DNA from: Deltaproteobacteria bacterium
GTDB taxonomy: Bacteria > Myxococcota_A > Polyangia > Polyangiales > Polyangiaceae
Assembly: GCA_016209145.1 (NCBI GenBank)
Contig: JACQWT010000051.1
Coordinates: 1 to 62,033, forward strand
DNA length: 62,033 nt
Direction: 5' to 3'
Shown: one piece after another, positions 21,636-32,008 of the stretch
How the letters are laid out: each line of letters starts with the position of its first letter
Numbering within the stretch: the first letter of the stretch is position 1
Program-made: the position numbers and the translations under genes
Notes under the pieces: model-generated
What the model saw: the letters and a program-made list of their open reading frames with translations, nothing else
The model's database searches: none
Told to the model about the DNA's origin: nothing

Positions 21636-22283
21636 TCACCCCTCGCCGTCGCCCTCACCGAGCGCGTCGAGCTGCGCCCAAATCGCGTCGAGATCGATGG
21701 TCAGCTCCGGGCAGCCGGGCACGCCTTCGATCTTGCCGCCCGCCGCGCCCAGGGCGTGCACGTAGCGACCGTCGGGACCGAGCTCCCAGATCTCGAGCGT
21801 GCGCAGCTCGGGATCCATGATCCAGTACCAGGGCACGCCGAAGGCGGCGTAGTCCTCGACCTTCTCCAGGCGGTCGCGGCGCACGTCCCTGGGCCGGGGC
21901 GTGAGCACCTCCACGACGATGCTCGGAGGCAGGCGTAGCAGCGAAACGCTCAACCCTGGCCGCCGTGCGCCGGGGAGGTATGCGAACAGATCCGGCTTGC
22001 GTCCCCGTCGCGGTCGGACGGCGAGCTTGCCCTCGGAGCCGGCGGCACAACCGCCACGCGGAAGCAGCCAGGCGTTGAGCACCGCGCCCAGCAGCACCAC
22101 CACGAGCTCGTGCGCGAACGTCGGCATCTCCTCCTGCACGAGCTCGCCCTCCACGAGCTCGCCCGGCTCGTCCTCGTCGAGCTGGGCCCACTCCTCGAGC
22201 GTCAGGCGCGACGCGGCTCCCGCCTGCTCGATCTGGCCGATGCTCACAAGTTCGAGGATAGCGTGCGGGCAAGGCGGCATCAA
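21636..22283 (-). CDS. Uma2-family endonuclease
   Basis: LTLEEWAQLDEDEPGELVEGELVQEEMPTFAHE...PDLFAY...PSIVVEVLTP...DRLEKVEDYAAFGVPWYWIMDP is the canonical Uma2/PD-(D/E)xK layout. Confidence 0.75.
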   Translation of the reverse strand: MMPPCPHAILELVSIGQIEQAGAASRLTLEEWAQLDEDEPGELVEGELVQEEMPTFAHELVVVLLGAVLNAWLLPRGGCAAGSEGKLAVRPRRGRKPDLFAYLPGARRPGLSVSLLRLPPSIVVEVLTPRPRDVRRDRLEKVEDYAAFGVPWYWIMDPELRTLEIWELGPDGRYVHALGAAGGKIEGVPGCPELTIDLDAIWAQLDALGEGDGEG

Positions 22284-22409
22284 CAGCGAGGCGACGAGGA
22301 AGCAAGCCTGCGAAATGACAACGACCGTCTCTCGGGTGTATCGTGCCGCCGCTTGGTGCGGGTGGTCACCGGTTCGGGGCGACCGCTGCGGGCACGCGAG
22401 CCTTCCACG

Positions 22410-25148
22410 ATGTCATCGGAGAGAGAAACTCGGCTGGGCCTCGGCGCGTCGACCCTGCGTGCGCCCGGCGCGATCGGGCAAGATCTCGTGCCGCGCGCGG
22501 ACGACGAATCCGACGACGAATTCGACATTGACACCACCCTGCCCGGCCTCGGCACGGGGACGGGCGCGAGCGGGGAAGGAGAGGTGGGGCGCGGTCCGCT
22601 ACGGCCTCGCGCCTCTGAGGTGCGCCCGGCGGCGGCTCCTGGCCCCGGGCACGAGCTCGCAGAGGGAAGCCGGCAGCGGGGATCTGCGTACGACCTGCCG
22701 CTGCAGCCCGGCATGGTCGTCGCGCAGAAGTTCACGCTCCTGCGTCAGATCGACGAGGGCGGTGCCGGGGCCGTCTTCGAGGCCGAGGACATGCTCATTG
22801 ACCGTCGCGTCGCCCTCAAGATCCTCCTGCCGGCTCGCGCGGCAGACGCCGAGGCCAGGCGCCGGTTTCGCTACGAGGCACTGGCCACGGCGCGGGTGAA
22901 CCATCCGAACGTCGTGACCGTCCTCGAGGCGGGACACCTGCCCGACGACACACTCTATCTCGTTCAGGAGCTGCTCGCGGGACAGACGTTGCGCGAGCAC
23001 CTGGAGGAGAAGGGCAAGCTCACGGTGCCCGAGGCGCTGGCGATCGTCGTGCCGATCATGGATGCGCTCGTCGTGGCCCACAGCAGGGGCATCGTCCATC
23101 GTGACGTCAAGCCCGAGAACATCCTGCTCAGTCGCGCGTCCTCGGGCGCCGTCGTGCCGAAGCTCATCGACTTCGGGATCGCCAAGTTGCCTCCTGGCGA
23201 CACAAGGCCCCGGACGCAGCCGGGCTCGGTGCTCGGCACCATCCAGTACATGGCCCCGGAGCAGATCCAGGGCAAAGCGGACATCGATGGCCGCGCCGAC
23301 GTGTGGGCCATGGCCGTGGTCCTGTTCGAGCTGCTCGCCGGGCACCCGCCGTTCGACGGCACCGCGTACCAGATCATCTTGGACATCCTGAGGAGCAGGG
23401 CCCGGCTCGGTGCGGCCGCACCCGACCTCCCTGCCGGGTTCCCCGAAATCGTTGAGCGGGCTCTGGAGCCAGACGTGGCGAAGCGTCCCATCATGCAGGC
23501 ATTCCTGCACGAGGTATGCGATTTCTCTGGCCGGGCCGGGAGCCCAGCCCCCAAGCCTGCCACCGGCGAGCTGCCGACGCCACTGCCGCCCCAAGAAGCA
23601 CGGCCAGAGCTGGATCTCGCCGACGCTGATGCCGTCGAGGAGGCGCCGGCGCCACTCGGTCCCGCACCGCTCCGCCCCGAGGATCTCACCGGCCTGGACG
23701 CACAGGAGGAGGGCGGGAGCTTCAGTGAGGCGCCGACCAAGAGGACCTTCGTCGGGGCGCAGCAGCCTGTCGGGGTTCCACCGCAGGGCAGCGCGCCACC
23801 GCGCGACGCTGCCGAGGAGCGCACGAGCCGGGTACCCGCGCCGACTCCCGAGAAGCTCCGAGATCTCTGCGCCGACTCGGCGGTTCGCGCGCTGGGGCAG
23901 AACGCGCTCGACAACGCCATCGTCCGTGCCGAAGAGGCGATCGCCATGGGGATAGGTGGCGCGGATGCTGCGGGCCGCATGTGGCTCGTGGAGAGCATCG
24001 CGCACTACTGGCTCGGCAACTACGCCGAGGCGAAGCGGTGCGGCACCGAGGCCGGTCGGCTGCTGGCGCCGGGGAGCACGGGCTACTACTCGGCGCTGGG
24101 CTACGCCGCGCTTGTGGCTAGCTTCCTCGGGGAGAGCGAGCAGCTCCAGCCCATGGTCGAGCAGCTTCGTGCGGTCGTGGTGACGGCCGCGACCGCCGGC
24201 GCGCACATGGTCGCCGCGTCCAGGCTGGCCGTCGCCCTGGTGCGTGCCGGCAGGCGGATTGAGGCCCGTGATGTGCTCGCGCACGGTCGTGGGCGGCTCG
24301 ACGGGCGAGCGGCCGCGGCGCCGGTGGTCAAGGCATGGCAGTATGTCGCGCTGGCCGAGATAGAAAGCTACGTGGGCGACGACATGGGCGCTGCCCTCCG
24401 GCACATCCAGGCGGCCGTCGAGCGCTTCACCGCCGCGGGCGACGTGCGCAACGCGTGCCTCCAGAAGTGCCACCTGGCCAACGTCTGGATAGGCATCGGC
24501 GCACACTTGCCGGCGGAGCGCCTGCTGCGCGAGGTGCTCGCCGTAGCCGAGCCGATGAAGCTGTGGTTGGTTGCGGTTGCGACGGTGAACCTCGGCCATG
24601 TCCTCGCGCGCTTGGGTGAAACCGATGCGGCGCTCGCGACAGCGCAGAGCGGTCGGCGTCTCTCGATCCACTTCGACAACCGGCGGTTCGAGTGCCTGGC
24701 CTGCATCCACCTCGCTTTGATCCACGCCATGCGCGGCGAGCTTGCGCCAGCGGCATCTCACGCGCAGCTCGCCATCGAGCGATCTGGAGCCTTCCGGGCG
24801 GTTCAGGCGTACGGCCTGAGCACGGCGGCCTACGTCCTGCTCCGCCAGGGCGAGCCCGAGGCCGCCTCGAAACCGGCACGTGAGGCGATGGCCCTGCTGG
24901 AGAAGCTCGGCGGCACCGAGGAAGGCGAGTCGTTCATCCGCCTGATCTACGCCTCGGCTCTCCATGCCAGCGGGCTCAGCCGCGAGGCCCAGGCCAGCAT
25001 CAGAGAAGCCCGCGCCCGGCTCCTCGCGCGCGCGCAGCGCCTCGCCGACGTACGGCTGCGCAGGAGCTTCCTGGAGGACCTGGTCGAGAACCGGCACACG
25101 CTGCGGCTCGCGTCGGAGTGGCTGGGCGAGGCTCAGCCGTCGGTCTAG
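22410..25148 (+). CDS. Ser/Thr protein kinase with a large C-terminal TPR-like/helical-repeat domain
   Basis: ATG 22410 within ORF 22110..25148. HRDVKPENILL, DFGIAK, GTIQYMAPEQ and DVWAMAVVLFE, followed by a ~500-aa helical repeat region. Confidence 0.85.
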   Translation: MSSERETRLGLGASTLRAPGAIGQDLVPRADDESDDEFDIDTTLPGLGTGTGASGEGEVGRGPLRPRASEVRPAAAPGPGHELAEGSRQRGSAYDLPLQPGMVVAQKFTLLRQIDEGGAGAVFEAEDMLIDRRVALKILLPARAADAEARRRFRYEALATARVNHPNVVTVLEAGHLPDDTLYLVQELLAGQTLREHLEEKGKLTVPEALAIVVPIMDALVVAHSRGIVHRDVKPENILLSRASSGAVVPKLIDFGIAKLPPGDTRPRTQPGSVLGTIQYMAPEQIQGKADIDGRADVWAMAVVLFELLAGHPPFDGTAYQIILDILRSRARLGAAAPDLPAGFPEIVERALEPDVAKRPIMQAFLHEVCDFSGRAGSPAPKPATGELPTPLPPQEARPELDLADADAVEEAPAPLGPAPLRPEDLTGLDAQEEGGSFSEAPTKRTFVGAQQPVGVPPQGSAPPRDAAEERTSRVPAPTPEKLRDLCADSAVRALGQNALDNAIVRAEEAIAMGIGGADAAGRMWLVESIAHYWLGNYAEAKRCGTEAGRLLAPGSTGYYSALGYAALVASFLGESEQLQPMVEQLRAVVVTAATAGAHMVAASRLAVALVRAGRRIEARDVLAHGRGRLDGRAAAAPVVKAWQYVALAEIESYVGDDMGAALRHIQAAVERFTAAGDVRNACLQKCHLANVWIGIGAHLPAERLLREVLAVAEPMKLWLVAVATVNLGHVLARLGETDAALATAQSGRRLSIHFDNRRFECLACIHLALIHAMRGELAPAASHAQLAIERSGAFRAVQAYGLSTAAYVLLRQGEPEAASKPAREAMALLEKLGGTEEGESFIRLIYASALHASGLSREAQASIREARARLLARAQRLADVRLRRSFLEDLVENRHTLRLASEWLGEAQPSV

Positions 25149-25235
25149 GCCCCTGGGCCGGCTCGCGCTGGCGTGCGCTGCGGCGCGCGCTGCGGTTGGC
25201 TTGACAGCGCTAGAGTGGGCGCCGATCCTCCCGAC

Positions 25236-26159
25236 ATGGGCCGCGAGCTGGAACGTCGCGCGCAGGTGCGCGTCGGAACGATCCTCAAGGACGCTTGGCG
25301 CCTCGACGCTCTGCTCGGCGTGGGCGCGATGGCCGCGGTGTACGCCGCCACCGCGCCCGATGGCTCCCGGGCCGCCATCAAGCTGCTCCACCCCGAGCTG
25401 TCGTCCCTCGACGAGCTGCGCGCCCGGTTCCTACGCGAAGCCTACGTGGCCAACCGCATCGAGCACGCGGGCGCGGTGCGCGTGCTCTCCCACGGCGAGG
25501 ACAAGGACGGCGTGGTCTTCCTGGTGATGGACCTGCTCGAGGGGGAGACGGCGCATGCTCGCTGGCGACGCAGCGGCAACCGGCTCGAAGTGGCCCTCGT
25601 GCTGCACATCGCCGACGCCGTGCTCGGCGTGCTCGTCGCCGCGCACGACCAGGGGATCTATCACCGCGACATCAAGCCAAAGAACATCTTCCTCACGGAC
25701 GACGGTTCGGTCAAGCTGCTCGACTTCGGCATCGCCCGCATCACGGACGCCGCTACGGCGCTGACCCAAACCGGCGTCCTCATCGGTACGCTTCCTTTCA
25801 TGTCGCCGGAGCAGGCGCGCGGACAGGTGCACAGCTACGGCCCGTCCTCCGATCTGTGGGCGCTCGGCGCGGTCATGTTCACCTTCCTGTCGGGCCGCTT
25901 CGTGCACGAGGCCGACACGCCCAACGAGCGCCTGCTCGCCGCCATGACGAGAGCGGCGCCACCGCTGGGCGCGTTGCTCCCTGGGGTCCCGGAGGACTTG
26001 GCGAGGCTCGTCGACACGGCCCTGGCGTTCGACCGGGACCGGCGTTGGCAGCAGGGCCGCGAGATGCTGGCGGCCCTGCGGGCAGTGCGCGCCGCTCTGG
26101 CCGAGTCCCCGGCGCCAAGCGCCCCGCCCGCGCCGCCTTGCCGGCCCGAATCCGCGTGA
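25236..26159 (+). CDS. Ser/Thr protein kinase (kinase domain only)
   Basis: ATG 25236. GVGAMAAVYAA, HRDIKPKNIFL, DFGIAR, GTLPFMSPEQ and DLWALGAVMF. Confidence 0.85.
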   Translation: MGRELERRAQVRVGTILKDAWRLDALLGVGAMAAVYAATAPDGSRAAIKLLHPELSSLDELRARFLREAYVANRIEHAGAVRVLSHGEDKDGVVFLVMDLLEGETAHARWRRSGNRLEVALVLHIADAVLGVLVAAHDQGIYHRDIKPKNIFLTDDGSVKLLDFGIARITDAATALTQTGVLIGTLPFMSPEQARGQVHSYGPSSDLWALGAVMFTFLSGRFVHEADTPNERLLAAMTRAAPPLGALLPGVPEDLARLVDTALAFDRDRRWQQGREMLAALRAVRAALAESPAPSAPPAPPCRPESA

Positions 26160-26184
26160 ACGGATCCGTGGTATCATCGCCGCG

Positions 26185-27711
26185 ATGCGGGAGACCGCCA
26201 GCGCCGGCGACCAACTACGGCGACGCGCCGAGCGGCGGGTCGGCGCGGTGCTGAACGAGAAGTGGCAGCTCGATCGGCTGCTCGGCGTCGGCGGTATGGC
26301 GGCCGTCTATGCGGCCACGCATCGCAACGGCAAGCGCGTGGCCGTCAAGGTCCTGCACCCGGAGCGCGCCCTGAACGAAAGCATCCGGCGCCGGTTTCTG
26401 CGCGAAGGCTACGCCGCCAACAAGGTCGATCACCCCGGGGCCGTGTCGGTTCTCGACGACGCTGTGGCCAAGGACGGCAGCGTATTCCTGGTCATGGACC
26501 TGCTCGAAGGGGAGACCCTGCAGGCGCGCATCGAGCGCGTGGGGCCACTGCCCGTCGAGGCTGTCCTGCCGGTCGTCCACTGTCTGCTCGACGTGCTTGC
26601 CGCAGCGCACGACAAGGGCATCGTACATCGCGACCTCAAGCCCGAGAACGTCTTTGTCACCGACGCCGACGTGGTCAAGGTGCTCGACTTCGGCATCGCC
26701 CGACTACGCGAGGACGCCGGGCGCACCGGGGCAACCGGCGCCGACACCTCGCTCGGGACACCCGCCTTTATGCCACCCGAGCAGGCCCGCGGCCGCTGGA
26801 ACCAGGTGGACGGCCGCTCCGATCTATGGGCGGTGGGCGCGATCATGTTCACCCTGCTCACCGGTCGCTACGTGCACCAGGCGGCCACGCTCAACGAGCA
26901 CTTGTTGGCTGCCATGACAGAGCCCGCTCCTGCGTTGGGGGTGGTGGCCCCGGAAGTGCCAGCGCAGGTGGCATCCATCGTGGACCGGGCGCTCGCCTTT
27001 GAGAAGGACGCACGCTGGCCTGATGCCCGAGCCATGCAGCAGGCCGTCGCCGACGCCTACGAGGCGCTCGTCGGTACGCCATTGCCCGAGCCTGGCGAGC
27101 ACTCGTCCCGAGGTCTCGCCCGTCCCCCGGCGTCGCGGCCCCGCTCCGCCTCGGCCCCGGTGCTCTCGGCGAGTGGCGACGCAAGCCGGTCCACCACCGC
27201 CGGCGGAGCCCACGAGCTCGGCGGGATCCCGGCGCGGGCCAGGCGGCGCTCCTATCTGCTCGCCGCCGCACTCCTCGTCGCGGTCGCGGTAGGCGCCGCC
27301 TGGCTTGTGCCTCGTGGCGCCGGGCGCGACCGCACGGCGCCGCCGGCGGCCGCGGGCCCCGAGGCTGGCAGCGCGAGTGCGCCGGCTTCGCTGGCGACCG
27401 CGCAGGCAAGCCAGGGCGCGACGGCTCCAGACGCCGGGCTCGCGGTACGCCTGCCGCCTGAGCCGGTCGCAACGGGCGGGCCGTCGCCACCGGGCTCCAC
27501 CGCGGCTGGCGCTCGGGCGGCGGCGAGCCAGGCTTCCGCCGCAACAGCCGCCGCCCCTCCGCGGCAGCCGGGCGTGTCCGCGCCGGCGACCGCTAGGTCC
27601 GCAACTCAGCCCGCGACGAGCGCCGGGCCTTCTGGCGGCGCACGAGCGCCACGGCCGGCCGAGGCCAGCAGCCGCCCGGTTGATCCACTCGGACCCGAGA
27701 CGCAGTGGTGA
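26185..27711 (+). CDS. Ser/Thr protein kinase with a TM segment and an Ala/Pro-rich C-terminal region
   Basis: GVGGMAAVYAATHRNGKRVAVKVL, HRDLKPENVFV, DFGIARL, GTPAFMPPEQ, and the TM segment YLLAAALLVAVAVGAAWLV. Confidence 0.85.
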   Translation: MRETASAGDQLRRRAERRVGAVLNEKWQLDRLLGVGGMAAVYAATHRNGKRVAVKVLHPERALNESIRRRFLREGYAANKVDHPGAVSVLDDAVAKDGSVFLVMDLLEGETLQARIERVGPLPVEAVLPVVHCLLDVLAAAHDKGIVHRDLKPENVFVTDADVVKVLDFGIARLREDAGRTGATGADTSLGTPAFMPPEQARGRWNQVDGRSDLWAVGAIMFTLLTGRYVHQAATLNEHLLAAMTEPAPALGVVAPEVPAQVASIVDRALAFEKDARWPDARAMQQAVADAYEALVGTPLPEPGEHSSRGLARPPASRPRSASAPVLSASGDASRSTTAGGAHELGGIPARARRRSYLLAAALLVAVAVGAAWLVPRGAGRDRTAPPAAAGPEAGSASAPASLATAQASQGATAPDAGLAVRLPPEPVATGGPSPPGSTAAGARAAASQASAATAAAPPRQPGVSAPATARSATQPATSAGPSGGARAPRPAEASSRPVDPLGPETQW

Positions 27712-29528
27712 GACGCTCCGAGATGGCGGCCTGGCCGGCGATCGCGGCGCTGGCGTGCGGCGGCGTCCTGCTTGTCCTGCCGGCCGTCACGCGGGCACAA
27801 GGGCCGTGTCCGTGTCCGGTCGGAGAGCAGCGGCCAGGCGAGCCCGGCCAGACCGAGCTGCTGGCGCGCGCCAAGCAGCTCTTCCGCGAGGGCGTCGCCC
27901 TGCTCGATGCTGGCGAGCTGGAGCGAGCATTGGCTCAGTTCATGCGCTCGCGGCAGGCTCACCCCTCGCTGCCCAACACCAAGAGCGCCGCCTACTGCCT
28001 GATGCAGCTTGGCCGGCTGGACGAGGCCATCGAGCTGTACGAGGAGCTGCTGACGCGCTTCGGTAACGAGCTCGGCGAGGGCAGGAGGGAGCTCGCGCTG
28101 CGCTTGCAGGAGCTGCGCCGCCGGCTCGGCAGCATCGACGTTGCCGCCAACGTCAACGGCGCCCTGGTCGTCGATGGCCGCCTGCGCGCGACGCTGCCGC
28201 TGCTCGGGCCGCTGCGGCTAATGCCCGGACGCCACGTCGTGCGCATCATCATGGAGGGCTACGAGACGTTCGAGCAAGCCGTGCAGGTCCGAGCGGGCGA
28301 GACGGTGCCCCTGGATGCCCGCCTCTCGCCGCTTCGTCAAGCCGGACGCCTTGTGGTGCAGGCTGCCGGCTCCGAGGGGGCTGAGCTGTTCGTCGACGGC
28401 GCCCCGCTCGGATCGCTGCCCTGGGAGGGAACGCTGCCCGTCGGCGACCACGCCGTGGTCGTTCGCCAGGGCGACAGGGGCACGGCTCCGAGCGCCGTGC
28501 ACGTGCTGGAGGGCAAGACCGTGCGCCTGAGGCCCGTGCTGCAACCCCTCGGGCCGGAGATGCGCGCCATCGTCGTGCCGCCTACCGCGAGGCTTGCGAT
28601 CGACGCTGTGCCAGTCGGCGCGGGCGGGTGGCAGGGCCGGCTGCCGTTGGGACAGCATACGCTTGCGGCCCACGAAGATGGCTACCTGCCCGCGTCTGTC
28701 CGCGCCGCGGTTGGCCCCGAGCAGCCCCGGGCTCTGACGCTGCGCCTTGTGGCCGATGAGAGCCACCCCCGCTGGCAGAGCTCCGTGCCGGGAACGGTGT
28801 GGATCAGCGCTTCGTTCGGAAGTGCAGTCGGCGCTTCTCTGCGAAGCGAGGCCGAGGCAAGCTGCGAGGTTGCTGCTTGCTCGCTCGTGCGCGGGGCGCT
28901 CGGCGCAGCTCGTGTCGCGTACGGCTTCCCCAACGGCCTCTCCCTCGAGCTTGGTGGTGGCTACCTGCATGCAGCCCGCGATGTGCTGCGGGCGATCGAA
29001 CAGCCCTTCGGTCCACCGCGGCACGAGACGGCGACGCGCTACGTGGTGCGCGATTCGATCGCGGTTGACGGGCCGTTCGGGTCGGTGGGCGTCGGCTACC
29101 ACCACGACATTGGGATGGCCGGCCGGCTGGCGCTCGGCGCGAGGTTTCATCTAGGCGGCATGGCGGCTACCGGCCGCGACGCTATCGATGTCGCGGCATA
29201 CGGCCCGGATGGCTCGTTCGCCCCGGCAACGCTTGCGGCAGCCGGGACCCCGGCTCGCGCGTTCTCGCTGCTGCTCCTTCCTGCGGTCGAGGCTCGGCTC
29301 AGGCTCCACGCCTTTCACAGCGCGCTGGGCCTCACCGCCGTCGCCTCAGTGCTCGACGGGCCTGACAACGAGCACGGCGAGCTCATCGTGCACCGCGGAG
29401 ACGCCAAGTGCGACGGCTACCCCGCGCCGGTCGGGTGCGCGCCAGGAGAGGGCTTTCTGGCAGCCGAGAAGGCGTTCGGTCGGTTCGTGCTGCTCGTGCC
29501 CACCTTCACCGTCGGCCTGCAGTTCTGA
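27705..29528 (+). CDS. Secreted TPR plus PEGA-like domain protein
   Basis: The start overlaps the kinase stop. Has a signal peptide, a TPR-like N-terminus, and PEGA-like repeats (HVVRIIMEGYETFEQAVQV, AAHEDGYLPASVRA). Confidence 0.6.
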   Translation: MVRRSEMAAWPAIAALACGGVLLVLPAVTRAQGPCPCPVGEQRPGEPGQTELLARAKQLFREGVALLDAGELERALAQFMRSRQAHPSLPNTKSAAYCLMQLGRLDEAIELYEELLTRFGNELGEGRRELALRLQELRRRLGSIDVAANVNGALVVDGRLRATLPLLGPLRLMPGRHVVRIIMEGYETFEQAVQVRAGETVPLDARLSPLRQAGRLVVQAAGSEGAELFVDGAPLGSLPWEGTLPVGDHAVVVRQGDRGTAPSAVHVLEGKTVRLRPVLQPLGPEMRAIVVPPTARLAIDAVPVGAGGWQGRLPLGQHTLAAHEDGYLPASVRAAVGPEQPRALTLRLVADESHPRWQSSVPGTVWISASFGSAVGASLRSEAEASCEVAACSLVRGALGAARVAYGFPNGLSLELGGGYLHAARDVLRAIEQPFGPPRHETATRYVVRDSIAVDGPFGSVGVGYHHDIGMAGRLALGARFHLGGMAATGRDAIDVAAYGPDGSFAPATLAAAGTPARAFSLLLLPAVEARLRLHAFHSALGLTAVASVLDGPDNEHGELIVHRGDAKCDGYPAPVGCAPGEGFLAAEKAFGRFVLLVPTFTVGLQF

Positions 29529-32008
29529 CCCGGGCGGGTTGCCGTAGCACTGCCCAGGACCAAGTCTCGCCGCCGTGGCCGGCGCAGCGGGAGCAGACAC
29601 GTCGCCAACAGCAGCCACCATCCAGGTTGCCGTCGAGGCCCGGCCACGAGCACCCCGTTGTGCTCGCAGCCAGCCGGTCCGACGGGGATGGCGGCGATGG
29701 GCACGCAGCGGCGCTGCGCATCGCAGCGATATCCGGCGGCGCAGTCGACCGCCGACCAGCATGTCGGCACGCATGCCTTGGCCTCACAACGGTGGGCATC
29801 ATCGCAGTCCTTGTCGCCGCTGCAGATCTCAGGGCATGACGTGTCGCTTCCGCTACAAGCGTAGCCGAGCCCGCCGCAGGGCTCGCCCGGGGCCGCCGGC
29901 TCGCAACTACCTGAGGCACAGCGCGCGCAGGGGCCCTGGCACGGACTGCTGCAGCAGATCCCGGCGACACAGAAGCCGCTGCGGCACTCGCCGCCGCTCG
30001 CGCACGGCGAGCCCGGGGCCTGCATCTCGAAGCGCACGCTCGATTTCAGGATAGGTGGAGCACCTTCGGACAGAGCGCCACCCATGATCAAGACCGACTC
30101 GGACTGGCCGGAGCCAAGCATGGTGGCCGCGTGCCGTGTGCGACGAGGGATGGCGACGCCGTCCACGACGGTTGGCGGCATCGGCTCGCGAGTAGCGAAG
30201 AACGTCCGACCGCCGGGATCGAACAACTCGCCGAAAGCTGCCTCGTCGGAGCCCATACCGCCCACCACCAGCACCCAGCCGTTGACAGCCAGCGTCGTGG
30301 CCGTGTGGCCGAAGCGGGGCGCGTACATCGGACTCTTGGTTTCGGTGAAGGAGCCCGCATAGGTCACTGCCCCGTCGGCAGACTTCTCGTCGGTAGAGTG
30401 ATAGAGCTCGGCGCTTGCCAGGGCGAAGTCCGGAGGCAGGTCACCACTGCGCCCGCCCACGATGAGCACGTTGCCATCGGGAAGCAGCGCGGCAGCGTGG
30501 TGCTCGCGAGCCGAGAGCATCGGCCCCACGGGAGTGAACTGAGGCGGGTCGCCAGGATAGAACAACTGCGCGCTGTTGGTCGTATGGTGGGTCTGCTGGC
30601 TGCATGTGCCTTCGTCCTGAGGACAGCCGCCGGCAAGAAGCACTGTGCCGTCCTCGAGAAGAGTGGCCGTATGGCCGATGCCGCGTGGCGGGCCGCCATC
30701 GTCGGAAACCGCGGTGAAGCCGCCCCTTCTGCCGTTGGCAGCAGGATCGAAGAGCTCAGCCTTGGACGGCCCCCGGCTACCCACGAGAAGAACCTTACCC
30801 GACCTGAGAAGTGTGGCCGTATGGTTGGCCCGACGAAAGGACATTGGCTGGGCAGTGGGTGTGGAAGCCCCGCTGCCGCCGTCGGCCTCCGGATCGAACA
30901 GCTCTGCCGAGCGGAGCTGTGGGCCTGGATCCATCAGCCGGCCGCCCGCGATCAGCACGTTGCCGGACTCGAGCAGCGTCGCCGTGTGCTCCTCTCGGCC
31001 ACTTAGCAGCGAGGCAGATACCGTGTAGGCGCCGTGGCCGCCGTTGGCGAGCGGATCAAAGACCTCCGTTGGCGAGAGCGACGGCGCATGGACGTCGAAG
31101 TCATCGTAGCCACCGACAATGAGGACCTTGCCGGACTTGAGCAGCGTCGCGGTGTGGCGGGTGCGGGCGAAAGCCATGTCTTCCGTGCTCTCCCACATCG
31201 GGTCGACCAGCACCGGCCAGGCCGAGGCCCTGCCAACCAGCAGGTGCACCCGCGGCCCTTCCAGCTCAAGCGCGAGCGGCACCTCGCCGCCACGCGCGTC
31301 CCAAGCGCGACCGGCCCGCAGCCGCAGGTAGGCCGTGCCCGCCGCATCGACGACCTCGAGCAGGCGCGGGGCCAGATTCCTCAGCTTTGAGCCGGCCGGC
31401 AGATCGATCTCGTAGCCGAGGGCAGCACCCGTAGCGCGGACCAGCAGCAGCTCCTCGATGCCGCTGCGCGTGCCAAAGAGCAGCACGTCGACACCCTCGC
31501 TCGCTCCGGGACAAAGGAGCAAACCCTGGTGCAGCGACGCATCAGCGGATCTCGCATTGAGCCGCCGCACTCCGATAGGCTCGGGATGGCCGTGAGAGCG
31601 AATGCTCGTCAGTCCGTCGGCACGGGCCGGCAGCTCGGCCACGACCCCGACGCTTCCCGTGCGCCACGTGCCCTCATCCGCCCAGCCCGGCAGCGAGGCC
31701 GCCAAGTGCGGCCTCCTGCGCGAGGCGAGACGGTAGCCGAGCGGCTCGCCCCAGACGACCGCGGGCTGCTCGGCCGCGCTCTCCAGCAGCTTCTCGACCT
31801 GCGGGAAGCGCTCCAGGATCGAAGCGACGAGCGCATGCTGCCTCGCGGGTGGAGCAGAGCCACCAGGATACGCTCCGTCGTCGAGCAGACACGCCCCGCA
31901 AAGCAGCGCGCCGAGCACGCTCGCGCATGCCGGACGGCCAACGTTGCCACGGAGGGAGCAGCCCGGCAGCCGTCGGCTGCCCGGCGAGCTGCCCCAGGCT
32001 TCAGTCAT
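29417..32008 (-). CDS. Kelch-repeat beta-propeller protein with a Cys-rich region and a MYXO-CTERM-like tail
   Basis: ATG 32008 overlaps the stop of the upstream lipoprotein gene. Seven HTATLL.G.VL..GG-type blades, then a Cys-rich module, then GCEHNG...GWWLLLATCLLPLRRPRRR. Confidence 0.8.
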   Translation of the reverse strand: MTEAWGSSPGSRRLPGCSLRGNVGRPACASVLGALLCGACLLDDGAYPGGSAPPARQHALVASILERFPQVEKLLESAAEQPAVVWGEPLGYRLASRRRPHLAASLPGWADEGTWRTGSVGVVAELPARADGLTSIRSHGHPEPIGVRRLNARSADASLHQGLLLCPGASEGVDVLLFGTRSGIEELLLVRATGAALGYEIDLPAGSKLRNLAPRLLEVVDAAGTAYLRLRAGRAWDARGGEVPLALELEGPRVHLLVGRASAWPVLVDPMWESTEDMAFARTRHTATLLKSGKVLIVGGYDDFDVHAPSLSPTEVFDPLANGGHGAYTVSASLLSGREEHTATLLESGNVLIAGGRLMDPGPQLRSAELFDPEADGGSGASTPTAQPMSFRRANHTATLLRSGKVLLVGSRGPSKAELFDPAANGRRGGFTAVSDDGGPPRGIGHTATLLEDGTVLLAGGCPQDEGTCSQQTHHTTNSAQLFYPGDPPQFTPVGPMLSAREHHAAALLPDGNVLIVGGRSGDLPPDFALASAELYHSTDEKSADGAVTYAGSFTETKSPMYAPRFGHTATTLAVNGWVLVVGGMGSDEAAFGELFDPGGRTFFATREPMPPTVVDGVAIPRRTRHAATMLGSGQSESVLIMGGALSEGAPPILKSSVRFEMQAPGSPCASGGECRSGFCVAGICCSSPCQGPCARCASGSCEPAAPGEPCGGLGYACSGSDTSCPEICSGDKDCDDAHRCEAKACVPTCWSAVDCAAGYRCDAQRRCVPIAAIPVGPAGCEHNGVLVAGPRRQPGWWLLLATCLLPLRRPRRRDLVLGSATATRPGQNCRPTVKVGTSSTNRPNAFSAARKPSPGAHPTGAG

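Noticed and set aside
22599-25391. 930-aa minus-strand ORF opposite the kinase-TPR gene.
   Set aside because: Antisense artefact. The plus frame has canonical Hanks kinase motifs.
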